DNA from: Opitutales bacterium
GTDB lineage: Bacteria > Verrucomicrobiota > Verrucomicrobiia > Opitutales > PNEW01
NCBI GenBank assembly: GCA_965197745.1
Contig: CBDANS010000005.1
Span: 224,001-288,000 of the forward strand
Reading direction: 5' to 3'
DNA: 64,000 nucleotides
The notes under the pieces: generated by a model
What the model was told of the DNA's origin: nothing
Seen by the model: the letters and a program-made list of their open reading frames with translations, nothing else
The model's database searches: none
Made by a program: the position numbers and the translations under genes
In this document: positions 16,806-27,183 of the stretch, piece after piece
Layout: every line of letters starts with the position of its first letter
Position numbering within the stretch: position 1 is the first letter of the stretch

Positions 16806-18752
16806 TCAATGGCTGCTGGTCGTATTAACTCTTCCTTGGAGGGTATAATCTCCCAGTAATTCAGTATTCCACCAGGAGCCAGTATTCTCGCGTGTAATAC
16901 GATCGGTAAAACTGTAGTGATGGAGTTGGATACGATAAAACTGCGGTGGGTTTTGAGGAAAAGGATTATCGGCCAAAAGAGTATTTACCTCGATATTGCC
17001 ATTGAATAATTCATGGAGAAAGCGCCCAAGCCAGGGTGGAAGGGTGCGTGATCTTTCGAAAGATAATCCCGCAAACCACATTTGCCAATCCAATCGTGGC
17101 ATATGCGGAACGCAGAAAAAGGGTCGTAGTTGGGGAGCACCAGGTTTATATTTAAAAGTGTAATCTTTCCATTCGATGCCGTCATCACTTCCTGAAATAA
17201 TTATTTCGGGTCGTGTCATGGTCATGACCCTGAAGAGGCCGTATGCGTTGATAGTATGAAAATGGCTGATTTGAAAATATGTTTTTCGGAAATAATCATG
17301 ATCTTGCATCCATTTTCTGGATTTTCTTGGCTTACGTGTGTCTTCACAACTTTGCCTTAACTGAAAACCGCTGACCGGGATAGTAACGAGGACAACTGAA
17401 ATCAGGAATATTCGATGAATCCTGAGAATCCAGTGCCGGGAATCTTTTTTCCTAAAGTTATTGCGAAGATTTTTTCTCAATAATTCCGGGAGACTCTGAT
17501 CATCGATAAGCGGTATACACAGAATAATTGTTAAAAGATTAAAGAACCCGTAATTACCGGTCAGAATTATACACAACTGGATTATCGTCATCCCTGAAAA
17601 TGCAAGATTGCGAATTCGGCGCGGACCAATAATGAAGAATGGCAGAACCAGTTCTGTAAAATAGAGTAGATAGAGGGATAGCTGGTGAAACCAGGGCGGC
17701 AGGTTGTGGAAATACCAACTGATCCCCGTTGGCAGCGGTTGACTCCAATAATGGTAATTAAGAGCGGTAAAATCGCGCCAGGTATTTACCTCGTCGAGAC
17801 CATAACTTTGAAGTTTGACGACACCCGATTCAAAATAAAGTCGAAATAGTAAAAACCAGATTAGCCAACGACCGAGACGGGTCGGATCGGAGTGAGATCG
17901 CAGGCGATCGATCATTTTCCAATGGCAAAAAAAAATGGTCAAAAAACTCATTTCTATAAGCAGGATATCCCACTGAAAGCTGAGAAAATCTTGCCCGGCG
18001 ATAAGCAGAGAGAGGTAAGATACCCATAGAGCGAGTGCCGACAGAGCGGGGAAAAGGCCAAGCGTGAGGCAAAGGGAAGCAATCAGTGCGAAGGAGAAGA
18101 CCGCGTTGATGGCAAAGTCGCTTTGATTAAACCAGAATAAAGTGGGTAAATAGAAAAATTTACAGCCTTCAAATTGGATCTCATTTAAATAGTTTTCTAA
18201 CCCTTGAAAATAAGCGGAAATGGGCAGTATGCCTTGGCTTCCAATTAAACCTTTTGCCTGGACCCAATAGGAAATGACAGCGATAGCGGCAATTACCCCT
18301 AAAGCCCTGGGGAAAACCCAGCTAGAGAATACATAGGTAGACGGTTCGCTGTTTTTTCCACTGAGAAGACGTGAGCAGAAAGATAGGAAATAGCGATTTT
18401 TCGATACCAGCTGATAGATCTTTTCTGAACCCCGGGCAAATAGTGAAAATTTGCAATAAAGACGGTACAGCCACGATTTTTTCGACGATAGGTGGAGACA
18501 TTTAAAAACGGCCTCAGCACCGGAGCATACACTTCCATCAGGTTCGATGAAATGGACCGCCTCTTTAAACTGTTCGCGTGGAATTTCAGAAAAACGCTCC
18601 CCGAGTTCCTGGTACGAGAGATACTCAACTTGTCCCTCGGTAGTAATTTTCCAACGCGCAATCCACCGTCTGCAGTATTCACATTCACCATCATAAATGA
18701 GTAAGGAGCGCTTTTCCGGAGGATTGGTAAGACTTGGATATTTATGCTTCAT
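16806..18752 (-). CDS. Lipase maturation factor family protein with N-terminal DCC thiol-disulfide domain
   Basis: LIYDGECEYC; GQDFLSFQWDILLIE, FESGVVK, HYWSQPLP, TGNYGFFN, YGLFRVMT, PHMPRLDWQMWFA. Confidence 0.9.
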   Translation of the reverse strand: MKHKYPSLTNPPEKRSLLIYDGECEYCRRWIARWKITTEGQVEYLSYQELGERFSEIPREQFKEAVHFIEPDGSVCSGAEAVFKCLHLSSKKSWLYRLYCKFSLFARGSEKIYQLVSKNRYFLSFCSRLLSGKNSEPSTYVFSSWVFPRALGVIAAIAVISYWVQAKGLIGSQGILPISAYFQGLENYLNEIQFEGCKFFYLPTLFWFNQSDFAINAVFSFALIASLCLTLGLFPALSALALWVSYLSLLIAGQDFLSFQWDILLIEMSFLTIFFCHWKMIDRLRSHSDPTRLGRWLIWFLLFRLYFESGVVKLQSYGLDEVNTWRDFTALNYHYWSQPLPTGISWYFHNLPPWFHQLSLYLLYFTELVLPFFIIGPRRIRNLAFSGMTIIQLCIILTGNYGFFNLLTIILCIPLIDDQSLPELLRKNLRNNFRKKDSRHWILRIHRIFLISVVLVTIPVSGFQLRQSCEDTRKPRKSRKWMQDHDYFRKTYFQISHFHTINAYGLFRVMTMTRPEIIISGSDDGIEWKDYTFKYKPGAPQLRPFFCVPHMPRLDWQMWFAGLSFERSRTLPPWLGRFLHELFNGNIEVNTLLADNPFPQNPPQFYRIQLHHYSFTDRITRENTGSWWNTELLGDYTLQGRVNTTSSH

Positions 18753-18805
18753 TTAGATGGAATACAATGAAGGGAACATCCACCCGGAAGTGATTGCGCA
18801 TTGAC

Positions 18806-19504
18806 CTAAGTTTCAGCACGGTGGATAGCAACAATGGAAAATGTAAGCCCTTTTGCGGTAACATTATTAAACCCTGCATCCTTAATCTGATTGCTGATAA
18901 AACTTTTTGAGGGAAAAGACTCGATGCTTCCTGCCAGATATTGGTAGGCATCTGATTGTCCCGTTAATAAGCCGGCCAGCTTTGGAAGTATAAGTTTAAG
19001 GTATAAATAGTAAATGGGACGGAACCAGAGTGACGGTTGAGTGAATTCAAGGATAAGTAATGTTCCACCTGGTTTACGCAATACTCGGCGCATCTCACTT
19101 AGTCCCCGGGTTCTATCCTCAAGATTCCGAATACCAAAAGCTATCGTCAGCACATCAACACTATCATCATCCAAGGGCAGATCAAGAATATCGCCATGGG
19201 TAAATTCTATATTTCTTAACCCCTCCTTTTTAGATTTTTTTTCATTGGCTTTATCAAGCATGGGTTCACAGAAATCGATCCCCTTAATGTGAGCGCTGTC
19301 ACCCAGTGATTTCTGAAGCGCGAAGGCGACATCACCGCTCCCTGTAGCCAGATCAACTACCCATGCAGGACGACAGGCCTTTACGGCTCTTACCAGTACT
19401 TTTCTCCAATAATAGTCGAACCCCAGGCTGAGAAAATGGTTGGCCAAGTCATACCGCCGGGAGATCCCAGCAAACATCTTTTTGATGTCGGCACCCTCGG
19501 GCAT
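18806..19504 (-). CDS. ubiE: Ubiquinone/menaquinone biosynthesis C-methyltransferase
   Basis: [45 protein letters not shown]. Confidence 0.9.
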   Translation of the reverse strand: MPEGADIKKMFAGISRRYDLANHFLSLGFDYYWRKVLVRAVKACRPAWVVDLATGSGDVAFALQKSLGDSAHIKGIDFCEPMLDKANEKKSKKEGLRNIEFTHGDILDLPLDDDSVDVLTIAFGIRNLEDRTRGLSEMRRVLRKPGGTLLILEFTQPSLWFRPIYYLYLKLILPKLAGLLTGQSDAYQYLAGSIESFPSKSFISNQIKDAGFNNVTAKGLTFSIVAIHRAET

Positions 19505-19622
19505 GTTTCAGTAGGAGTAAGAATGAATGATAAGCATATTACAAAAATTCGATTTCCTGTAATTGCAGGTTCTACATTTACGACTAATTTGAGCAATACA
19601 GACTGCTGAATATTGACCTGGA

Positions 19623-21215
19623 TTAATCACTCTGCTGCTGCTCGCGAAAACTTTCAACAACCATACGCGAGAGTTCCTTATCGGGATTGTCCACTATGGA
19701 TTTTGTGATGGTGAAGATTTCCTCTTTTGTGTTGCGGGAAATAATTTTAAGGCCGTGTTGAAAATCGCGAAACTTTTCCTCACATAGTGCGCGGATAGTT
19801 TTATCAAGATCAGTGGCAGCGTCAATGAGTGCATCGCAAGCTTCATCATCAAATTTCAGTTTAAGTCCATGTGCCTGATGAAAGCGAAGAGCAAAATCTT
19901 CAATATCCCTTCGCAAAACCTCGCGTTGTGCGTGTTGATTTTCCTTGAGTAGTGTCTTTAATGAATCCTGGAGTTCAGTAATCGTCTCTGAGGTAACCTC
20001 AAATGTTTTGACCGCGGTAGAAGGTAATTCGAATTTATAACTTCGAAAAATCTTTTCAAGAACAGTCATAAGTCCACGAGCTCCCGTTTGTTCCCGGTGT
20101 CCACGTCGTGCAATTTCTTCAATCGCTTCGCTGGTTATTTTGAAGTCTATGTCATAACCTCTGAAATCACTCAGATACTGTTCGAGTATACTTCCTTCAG
20201 ATCCCGTGAGAATTTTTGTCAAATCTTCTACTTCGAGCGCTTGACAGGTGACGCGAACGGGTAGGCGTCCGATAAATTCCGGTTCAAACCCATATTTAAT
20301 AAAATCTGTGGTTTCCACTTCATTAAGGTAGTCGAATCTGGATTTTTCCTCTTGATCCTGTGCTGTAGCGAAACCTATTTGGCTGCTCTCAATGCGTTTT
20401 TTTACGGTATTACCTAATTCTTCAAAGGCTCCACTGACAATAAAGAGGATATGCCGCGTGTTAATATTCTTTTTATGCGATTTTCCACCCCGACTAACCT
20501 CCATCATGGCTTGCATTTGAGCCATCATATCGGTCGGACTGAAGAGGTTGACTTCGGTTTCTTCCATCAACTTTAAAAGGTTAATCTGTACACCACGTCC
20601 CGAGACGTCACGCCCTTGAATATTGCTGGCCGAAGCGATTTTATCAATTTCATCAATATATATAATGCCGTATTGCGCGAGTTCGACATTCCCATTGCCA
20701 ACTTTAACAAGATCACGAACGAGATCTTCAACATCATGACCGACATAGCCCGTTTCAGAAAATTTTGTGGCATCCGCTTTAACAAAAGGAACCCCTATCA
20801 GTTTAGCGATGCACCGCATAAGATAAGTTTTACCTACGCCGGTGGGGCCTAATAGAATGATATTTTGTTTTTGATATTCCTTCTCTGCGAGTTCAGGGTT
20901 TTCAATACATTGACGCACATGATTGAAATGATCGCAGATAGCAACGGAGAGCACTTTTTTTGCCTCCTCTTGTTTGATTACGAATCGGTTCAAATAATCT
21001 CGGATTTCCCGAGGTTTCAGATTAAATTCATGTATCCGCTGCAATATTTTGCTGTCTGTATCTTCATTTTCAGAAGATTTCTTCTCTTTGTCTACCGCGG
21101 GGGAAGGCTCGTCACTGAACTTTTTGAAAGCTGAAATCACTTGAGGATTACGCATGGCATCCTGAAGTTGTTTTTGTAATTCTTCCAATGGGTTATTAGG
21201 ATCCTTTTCGCTCAT
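19623..21215 (-). CDS. ClpX-like AAA+ ATPase (no N-terminal Zn finger, C-terminal extension)
   Basis: [39 protein letters not shown] loop, [14 protein letters not shown]. Confidence 0.88.
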   Translation of the reverse strand: MSEKDPNNPLEELQKQLQDAMRNPQVISAFKKFSDEPSPAVDKEKKSSENEDTDSKILQRIHEFNLKPREIRDYLNRFVIKQEEAKKVLSVAICDHFNHVRQCIENPELAEKEYQKQNIILLGPTGVGKTYLMRCIAKLIGVPFVKADATKFSETGYVGHDVEDLVRDLVKVGNGNVELAQYGIIYIDEIDKIASASNIQGRDVSGRGVQINLLKLMEETEVNLFSPTDMMAQMQAMMEVSRGGKSHKKNINTRHILFIVSGAFEELGNTVKKRIESSQIGFATAQDQEEKSRFDYLNEVETTDFIKYGFEPEFIGRLPVRVTCQALEVEDLTKILTGSEGSILEQYLSDFRGYDIDFKITSEAIEEIARRGHREQTGARGLMTVLEKIFRSYKFELPSTAVKTFEVTSETITELQDSLKTLLKENQHAQREVLRRDIEDFALRFHQAHGLKLKFDDEACDALIDAATDLDKTIRALCEEKFRDFQHGLKIISRNTKEEIFTITKSIVDNPDKELSRMVVESFREQQQSD

Positions 21216-21304
21216 TATTTATGGGTTGACATAATTCTTTGATATTTACAGAAGTATCAGATAATTAATAACTTTTACTGGAATATCAACCCTCGGCATC
21301 AAAT

Positions 21305-21616
21305 ATGTCAGGTAACTTAACAAAAAGAGATATCGTTCTTTCTATCTACGAAAAAACCGGGTTTCCACAAAAAGAGGTCCGAGAGGTAGTACAACAGACA
21401 TTGGATACCATTGCTGCGGCTCTCGCCCAGGGGCGAAATGTCGAATTACGGAATTTCGGTGTGTTCGAGGTCCAAAAGCGAAAGTCCAGAATCGGACGTA
21501 ATCCTAATAAACCTGAAACGGATGTAATTATTCCCGATCGAGCAGTAATTAAGTTTAAAGCCGGTAAAGAACTCAAAGCCGAGCTTAAAGGTATCAACCT
21601 CGATAATCTTATTTAA
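21305..21616 (+). CDS. HU/IHF-family DNA-binding protein
   Basis: LTKRDIV...VELRNFGVF...RIGRNP...FKAGKELK. Confidence 0.93.
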   Translation: MSGNLTKRDIVLSIYEKTGFPQKEVREVVQQTLDTIAAALAQGRNVELRNFGVFEVQKRKSRIGRNPNKPETDVIIPDRAVIKFKAGKELKAELKGINLDNLI

Positions 21617-21663
21617 TATCACTCCGGGCCGACTTGTGCTACCGGATGTATGGAAAATACCGC

Positions 21664-22989
21664 ATGTTCGAAAGTCTACCGGGATTCCGTGACTTTTATC
21701 CTGAACGATGTGCTGTTCGTAATCATATTTTTAAATTATGGAAACAGGCCGCATTGAGCTTTGGGTTTTCTGAATACGACGTACCATTACTCGAACCGCT
21801 TGAACTTTACATTGAGAAAAGTGGCGAGGAAATCGTTGAACAACTTTTTAATTTTACCGATAAGGGAGGGCGCAAGGTTGCCCTGCGCCCGGAATTAACC
21901 CCTTCCCTTGCGCGTCTCGTAGGGGCACGTGCCGCGAGCCTGAAAAAACCGATTAAATGGTTTTGTATCGGTGAGAATTTTCGATACGAACGCCCTCAAA
22001 AGGGGCGATTGCGCGCTCATTATCAATTCAACGCGGATATATTCGGTGAATCTGATGCCGGAGCTGATACTGAACTCATTGCGCTCTGCATCCATGCTCT
22101 CACCACTTTTGGTCTCTCCTCTGATGATGTAGTTGTCCGCCTCAGTGATCGGAATCTCTGGATTTATTTCCTGTCCGCATATGAGATTAATGCGGATCAA
22201 GCTGTTGAGGTCCTCACCATTATTGATAAAGTTGAGCGTGTGGAGAGGGATGAAACGTTAAAAAAACTCGAGATCCATTTTAATCAAGCATCTGAAGATT
22301 TCCTGAACAGGCTCGAGGTTCTGGTGAGCATTCGAAACTTGGATGAACTTCGTTCTTTTTTTCTCTCTCAATCGCTAAATGAAGAGATCAAAGAAAAAGT
22401 TGAAGCTCGACTGGCTGATTGGAATATACTCATAGACAACCTGAATGCGATGGGACTAACGCCGTTTATCCAGATTGATTTTGGGATCGTTCGCGGCTTA
22501 GCCTATTACTCAGGGTTCGTATTTGAAGCCTATGAAAAGTCCGGCAAGACACGATCTCTTGCCGGAGGAGGGCGTTATGATCACCTTGTTCATAGACTCG
22601 GTGGGCCCCTTTTATCCGCGGCCGGTTTTGGAATGGGTGATGTAACTTTAACCGATCTTCTCGAAGAAAAAAAACTGGTTCCTGCCGATCTTGATGCTCC
22701 GGATATCTATGCAATTATAGGTGGAGAAAATGAACGGAGGATAGCGTTTGCTTCTATTAAGATTTTGCGTGACCGGGGTTACGGTGTGGACTATCCCTTG
22801 AAAAATATCAGTTTTGGCAAACAGTTTAAACTTGCTGATCAGTCGGGAGCTCGTATTGCGCTGATTTATGGTGCCGAGGAAGTCTCAGCACAGTCAGTTA
22901 AAATTCGGGACCTCGCGACGGGCTCGGAAATTCTTATTCCCGATGACCAATTAGAGTCTGAACTTCAAAATATTTTAAGAGTGAACTGA
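21664..22989 (+). CDS. hisS: Histidine--tRNA ligase
   Basis: PGFRDF, LRPELTP, FRYERPQKGRLRAHYQ, VRGLAYYSG, GGGRYD. Confidence 0.96.
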   Translation: MFESLPGFRDFYPERCAVRNHIFKLWKQAALSFGFSEYDVPLLEPLELYIEKSGEEIVEQLFNFTDKGGRKVALRPELTPSLARLVGARAASLKKPIKWFCIGENFRYERPQKGRLRAHYQFNADIFGESDAGADTELIALCIHALTTFGLSSDDVVVRLSDRNLWIYFLSAYEINADQAVEVLTIIDKVERVERDETLKKLEIHFNQASEDFLNRLEVLVSIRNLDELRSFFLSQSLNEEIKEKVEARLADWNILIDNLNAMGLTPFIQIDFGIVRGLAYYSGFVFEAYEKSGKTRSLAGGGRYDHLVHRLGGPLLSAAGFGMGDVTLTDLLEEKKLVPADLDAPDIYAIIGGENERRIAFASIKILRDRGYGVDYPLKNISFGKQFKLADQSGARIALIYGAEEVSAQSVKIRDLATGSEILIPDDQLESELQNILRVN

Positions 22990-23043
22990 AGTCTAAACCA
23001 TGAGATTGAGAAATAAAGGAGTATTCTCTCAGGAAATTTGGAG

Positions 23044-23571
23044 ATGTCGCTGAATCCCAGTCTTAAAGAATTTCTGAGAAAAGATCCTCAGATCGACCCA
23101 AGCGCATACATCGCACCGGAAGCAGTAATCATTGGGGATGTAAGAATAGGGCCACACGTAAGTATTTGGCCACAATGTGTGTTGAGAGGAGATATCAATT
23201 ACATTGAAGTTGGTGAATGTAGCAATGTGCAGGATGGTTCCGTCATTCATCTGGCAGATGATAAAGCGGTGGTAATTGGTCGCTATGTTACGATTGGCCA
23301 TTTAGCCATGTTACATGCCTGCACCATTAATGACGAATGTCTCATAGGAATGCATGCCACGGTTCTCGACGGCGCGGTCGTTGGTCACAATTCTATTATT
23401 GGGGCTCACACTTTGGTCAAACAGGGAATGGAAGTGCCACCAGGTTCCCTTGTCCTTGGTGTGCCGGGAAGGGTAGTACGTCCCTTGAGTGACGAAGAAC
23501 AAAAAAAATTACCGAAGTGGGCTGAAAACTATCTGGAGATTGCCGCCGCATTTCAGGCCAAAACGGTTTAA
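23044..23571 (+). CDS. Gamma carbonic anhydrase family protein
   Basis: Hexapeptide repeats, LRGDIN, NVQDGSVIH, TIGH, LHAC. Confidence 0.92.
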   Translation: MSLNPSLKEFLRKDPQIDPSAYIAPEAVIIGDVRIGPHVSIWPQCVLRGDINYIEVGECSNVQDGSVIHLADDKAVVIGRYVTIGHLAMLHACTINDECLIGMHATVLDGAVVGHNSIIGAHTLVKQGMEVPPGSLVLGVPGRVVRPLSDEEQKKLPKWAENYLEIAAAFQAKTV

Positions 23572-23640
23572 TTAGAGTGGTAGTCCAGGCCGCAATCGAT
23601 GAGTTGCAGCCAACAAATAACCGCTCTCTAAAATATTAAG

Positions 23641-24669
23641 GTGATATCTTATAAGCAATATTCAAAATACCGTGAGGCAAAGATCGACAAGCGATTGCAG
23701 TATTACCTTATTGGCGTTATTCTCGGATGTCTGATCTTGATCGTCATACCTAGACCATTTCGCTTCGATCGATCGAGGATAGGAGATACGACAAATCCTT
23801 CACATGAATACTTTCCAGTCCTTTACAGCGACGGATATGATCGTCCTGTAGAAGTCACCGCTCCTCCCAAGCGTATAATTTCTTTATCACCAAATATTAC
23901 AGAAATCCTATATGCTTTGAACGTTTCTGATCGTTTAGTTGCCAATACGCGGTTGTGTAAATATCCCGGAGAAGCGCAAAATAAGGTAAAAATTGGAGAC
24001 CCCAATCATCCTGATTTTGATTTGCTGTTGCGACTTCAGCCCGATCTTATTTTGGGGACGGTTCTCAGCCCTCAACCCCTTTACGAGCGCATGGAAAAAT
24101 CAGGGTTGGTTGCGATAGCGATGAAGCATACGCGGATGAATATAATTCTGCACGATATGCTCATGATTGGAAAAATAATTGGAGAACCTGAAACCGCATT
24201 GGGCCTTGTCGTTGAAATACAGAATAAGCGGGATTCGATTATAAATAGAATATCGACATTAAGAATTGAGCAATATCCAGTTCGTGTTGTAATTCTATAT
24301 GATTCAGAACAATTATACACTGCTGATCATAATACATGGATTGAAGCATTTATAAAGCAGTGCGAGGCGATTAATATTGCCAATAAAGCCTTCATGCAAT
24401 CAGCATCGAATTCGCTGGAAGAGATAGCGGTGTCAGACCCGGAAGTAATTATTTTAGCATTACCCCCAGAGGAATCGGGACAAAACGAAGGTGATCATAT
24501 TATTAAAACTATCGAGAATCATCCTCTCTGGCAAAAGACCACGGCGTTACGTGAGCAGCGAATAGTGAAATTAGATAAAAATTTGCTCTTCGCTTCAGGG
24601 TTTCGCATCATTGAAGCGATGGATGCTTTGGGCCACGCCATTCACCCTGAAATTATTTTACCTCCTTAA
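23641..24669 (+). CDS. Helical-backbone ABC substrate-binding protein (BtuF/siderophore type)
   Basis: PKRIISLSPNITEILYAL, CKYP, LQPDLIL, LEEIAVSDPEVII; N-terminal membrane anchor. Confidence 0.85.
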   Translation: MISYKQYSKYREAKIDKRLQYYLIGVILGCLILIVIPRPFRFDRSRIGDTTNPSHEYFPVLYSDGYDRPVEVTAPPKRIISLSPNITEILYALNVSDRLVANTRLCKYPGEAQNKVKIGDPNHPDFDLLLRLQPDLILGTVLSPQPLYERMEKSGLVAIAMKHTRMNIILHDMLMIGKIIGEPETALGLVVEIQNKRDSIINRISTLRIEQYPVRVVILYDSEQLYTADHNTWIEAFIKQCEAINIANKAFMQSASNSLEEIAVSDPEVIILALPPEESGQNEGDHIIKTIENHPLWQKTTALREQRIVKLDKNLLFASGFRIIEAMDALGHAIHPEIILPP

Positions 24670-24740
24670 TCGGATTTAGAGGCCAGGACACCGGCCTGAA
24701 TCCATTGAATGTTTATCTCGTGAAGGGTGAGGGTAAATAA

Positions 24741-25328
24741 TTATACGATACTTTTTTCGTTCTTTAGAAATTCACGGCTTTGCCGTTTCAATTTTCTAAG
24801 CTCGGGTTTTAATTCATTTATCATTTCTTTATCCATGTGGTCAATAAAGAGGATTCCATTGAGGTGATCTACTTCGTGTTGAACAACACGTCCAAGAAAG
24901 CCATTGCTTTGTATTTTATGGTGAGCACCTTTTAAATCCTGGAATGTAACTTCCATATTATCAGATCGAATAACATCGCCTTTAATTTCTGGAAAAGATA
25001 AGCAACCTTCTTCGTAAATGCTTGTTTCACCAGGATTTATTTTAACCACAGGGTTGATTAAAATCAGAGGCAAAATTAGCTCAAGGGGTGGTTGTTTAGC
25101 GTCGTAGGTATAGGGTTCATCACTGAGATCTTTAGAGAGCGGAAGATCAACAACGCATATCATTTTATCCTGATCTATCTGTTGTGCGGCTAAACCAATT
25201 CCTTCATTAGCATACATCGTCTCAAGCATATCAGCTGCTAATTTATCTAATGCTTTATTAAATATTCTGATTTTTTTACCCTTCTTGCGAAGGATGGGCT
25301 CACCGTAATGTGTAACGCGTAAGATCAT
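24741..25328 (-). CDS. def: Peptide deformylase
   Basis: GIGLAAQQ, EGCLS, QHEVDHLNG. Confidence 0.96.
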   Translation of the reverse strand: MILRVTHYGEPILRKKGKKIRIFNKALDKLAADMLETMYANEGIGLAAQQIDQDKMICVVDLPLSKDLSDEPYTYDAKQPPLELILPLILINPVVKINPGETSIYEEGCLSFPEIKGDVIRSDNMEVTFQDLKGAHHKIQSNGFLGRVVQHEVDHLNGILFIDHMDKEMINELKPELRKLKRQSREFLKNEKSIV

Positions 25329-25476
25329 TTTTAAAATATTAACTTAATCTCGAATTGTTTGTTTTCAACTTTAAAACCCCCGGTCTCAACTGCTGCTTCA
25401 ATGCAATTTCCATTGAATGTTTTATAGCCTAATGAGGGTTTGCCAGGCAGCCAATTCGGAATAATCTATTTATAAA

Positions 25477-27183
25477 ATGTTTAAAAATTCATCGCCATTG
25501 GAAAGCCTCCTTTTTTTCGTGTTGTCTTCTCTTCTCGCTCTTTTTGGAACGGGCATCCCTGTTCATTTTAAGGCAATAGCTCCTGGCGTTCTGGTGGAAG
25601 CAGGGCGAGACACTGAGAATACTAAAGATCTCGCCGGAAGCTTTCTGGACGGCGGACAAGTGGGTCCGGCTGCTCTGCTCTGGTCCGCCGATGATCAACT
25701 TCCCGATACTGAAGAATCCCGCAAAAGGTTTAAAGCCTTAAAAGAAAATAACCCCTACTATCGTTTTTCAGGAGGTCCAGCGCCCTATTTTGAAGAATTC
25801 CTGAAGATGATTAATACTGACACGGTAAGTGATAAAGACAGTGAATCATTAAAATTACTCATTCCCCAGAATAACCGGGAGCACCTCTTAAACTACCTGA
25901 TTTACAGCAATAATGCGTTGGTTCATTCCTTATTATCAACGCGCGGACTAACCAGTTATACGCACTTTATGCCTGTCAGTTCTCCTGCCGGTCAACCATT
26001 GGATGCCACTATCCTGATGACGGCACTCCTTGTTCAGGGAGGACACTATTCATCAACTTTCCTGCGCAACCTGAAACCTTTGCTCGATGAGGCCGTTGAG
26101 AATAGAGAGGAGGGCGAGGTGGAGCGTTTAGAAATATTTTATTTGAATATGTTGACGCTAGGTAAACGATTTAACTGGTTACAACTTACAACACTGACGC
26201 GACTATTTACTGATTTTGATTCAGTTGAAAATTCTGCGATTCTCTTTCGCCGTTTTCCTGATCTTATTCCCCAATTTTACGCTCTCATATTACTATCCGA
26301 AAATCCATCCGGAATTGTTGATTATATCAATGATAGAGATGAAGCGGGGCTCAGTGACATGTTATATACATTGCCCTTAGGACGGGGTGCGGTCTTACGG
26401 CTCATGCAATCGCGCCAGCCTTTATATCGACCTCCGGCTTTTGTGCAGTGGATTGATCAACCTATATCCTGGGTAAGACAGGCGCCTCTCTTGAGTTTTA
26501 CCCATCAACATCCACAGGCAGCCATCTATCTCAAAATGATCGTCATTCTATTTTCGGGATTTGCACTCGCTCTCGGGGTCAGCAGTTTATTCGAAAAGAG
26601 TGATCGCTATAAAGAAGTAAATAGAATCAGATCCCTGCTCTTATTACGTAATACGATAATAGCTTTATTTTTTTCCACTACAATATGGGTGCTGATAGAA
26701 CCAGCCTTGCTGGATATAGGTTCGGAACCCAAAGCGAAGTTGCGATTAGTCTTTGAATTTGTTAACAAAGTAGAATCCTTAAAATCAAAAAACGTTGATA
26801 CCGCCATGCTCGACCAAATCACTATCCTCATCCTCCTTATCTTTTTTCTACTTCAACTTACGATATATATTCTAGGGGTGATAAAAGTATCAGAAATCAA
26901 GAAGCAGGAAGCATCACCCGAGCTTAAGCTAAAGCTTCTCGATAACGAGGACCATCTTTTTGACCTCGGATTATACATTGGACTTGGAGGCACGGTGTTA
27001 TCGCTCATATTGCTCGCCATGGACATTGTCCAGGCAAGTTTGATTGCTGCCTATGCATCGACCCTCTTCGGCATAATATTTGTGGCGTTATTAAAAGTAA
27101 TTCACGTTCGTTCCTTTCGTCGGTCAATAATTCTGAAAGAGGAACATTCAGGTCATGAGTCGAGCACTTCTATTGATAATTAG
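25477..27183 (+). CDS. Membrane protein with C-terminal MotA/TolQ/ExbB-like helices
   Basis: Large soluble N-terminal domain; C-terminal GLYIGLGGTVLSL and AAYASTLFGII resemble the proton-channel signature. Confidence 0.6.
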   Translation: MFKNSSPLESLLFFVLSSLLALFGTGIPVHFKAIAPGVLVEAGRDTENTKDLAGSFLDGGQVGPAALLWSADDQLPDTEESRKRFKALKENNPYYRFSGGPAPYFEEFLKMINTDTVSDKDSESLKLLIPQNNREHLLNYLIYSNNALVHSLLSTRGLTSYTHFMPVSSPAGQPLDATILMTALLVQGGHYSSTFLRNLKPLLDEAVENREEGEVERLEIFYLNMLTLGKRFNWLQLTTLTRLFTDFDSVENSAILFRRFPDLIPQFYALILLSENPSGIVDYINDRDEAGLSDMLYTLPLGRGAVLRLMQSRQPLYRPPAFVQWIDQPISWVRQAPLLSFTHQHPQAAIYLKMIVILFSGFALALGVSSLFEKSDRYKEVNRIRSLLLLRNTIIALFFSTTIWVLIEPALLDIGSEPKAKLRLVFEFVNKVESLKSKNVDTAMLDQITILILLIFFLLQLTIYILGVIKVSEIKKQEASPELKLKLLDNEDHLFDLGLYIGLGGTVLSLILLAMDIVQASLIAAYASTLFGIIFVALLKVIHVRSFRRSIILKEEHSGHESSTSIDN

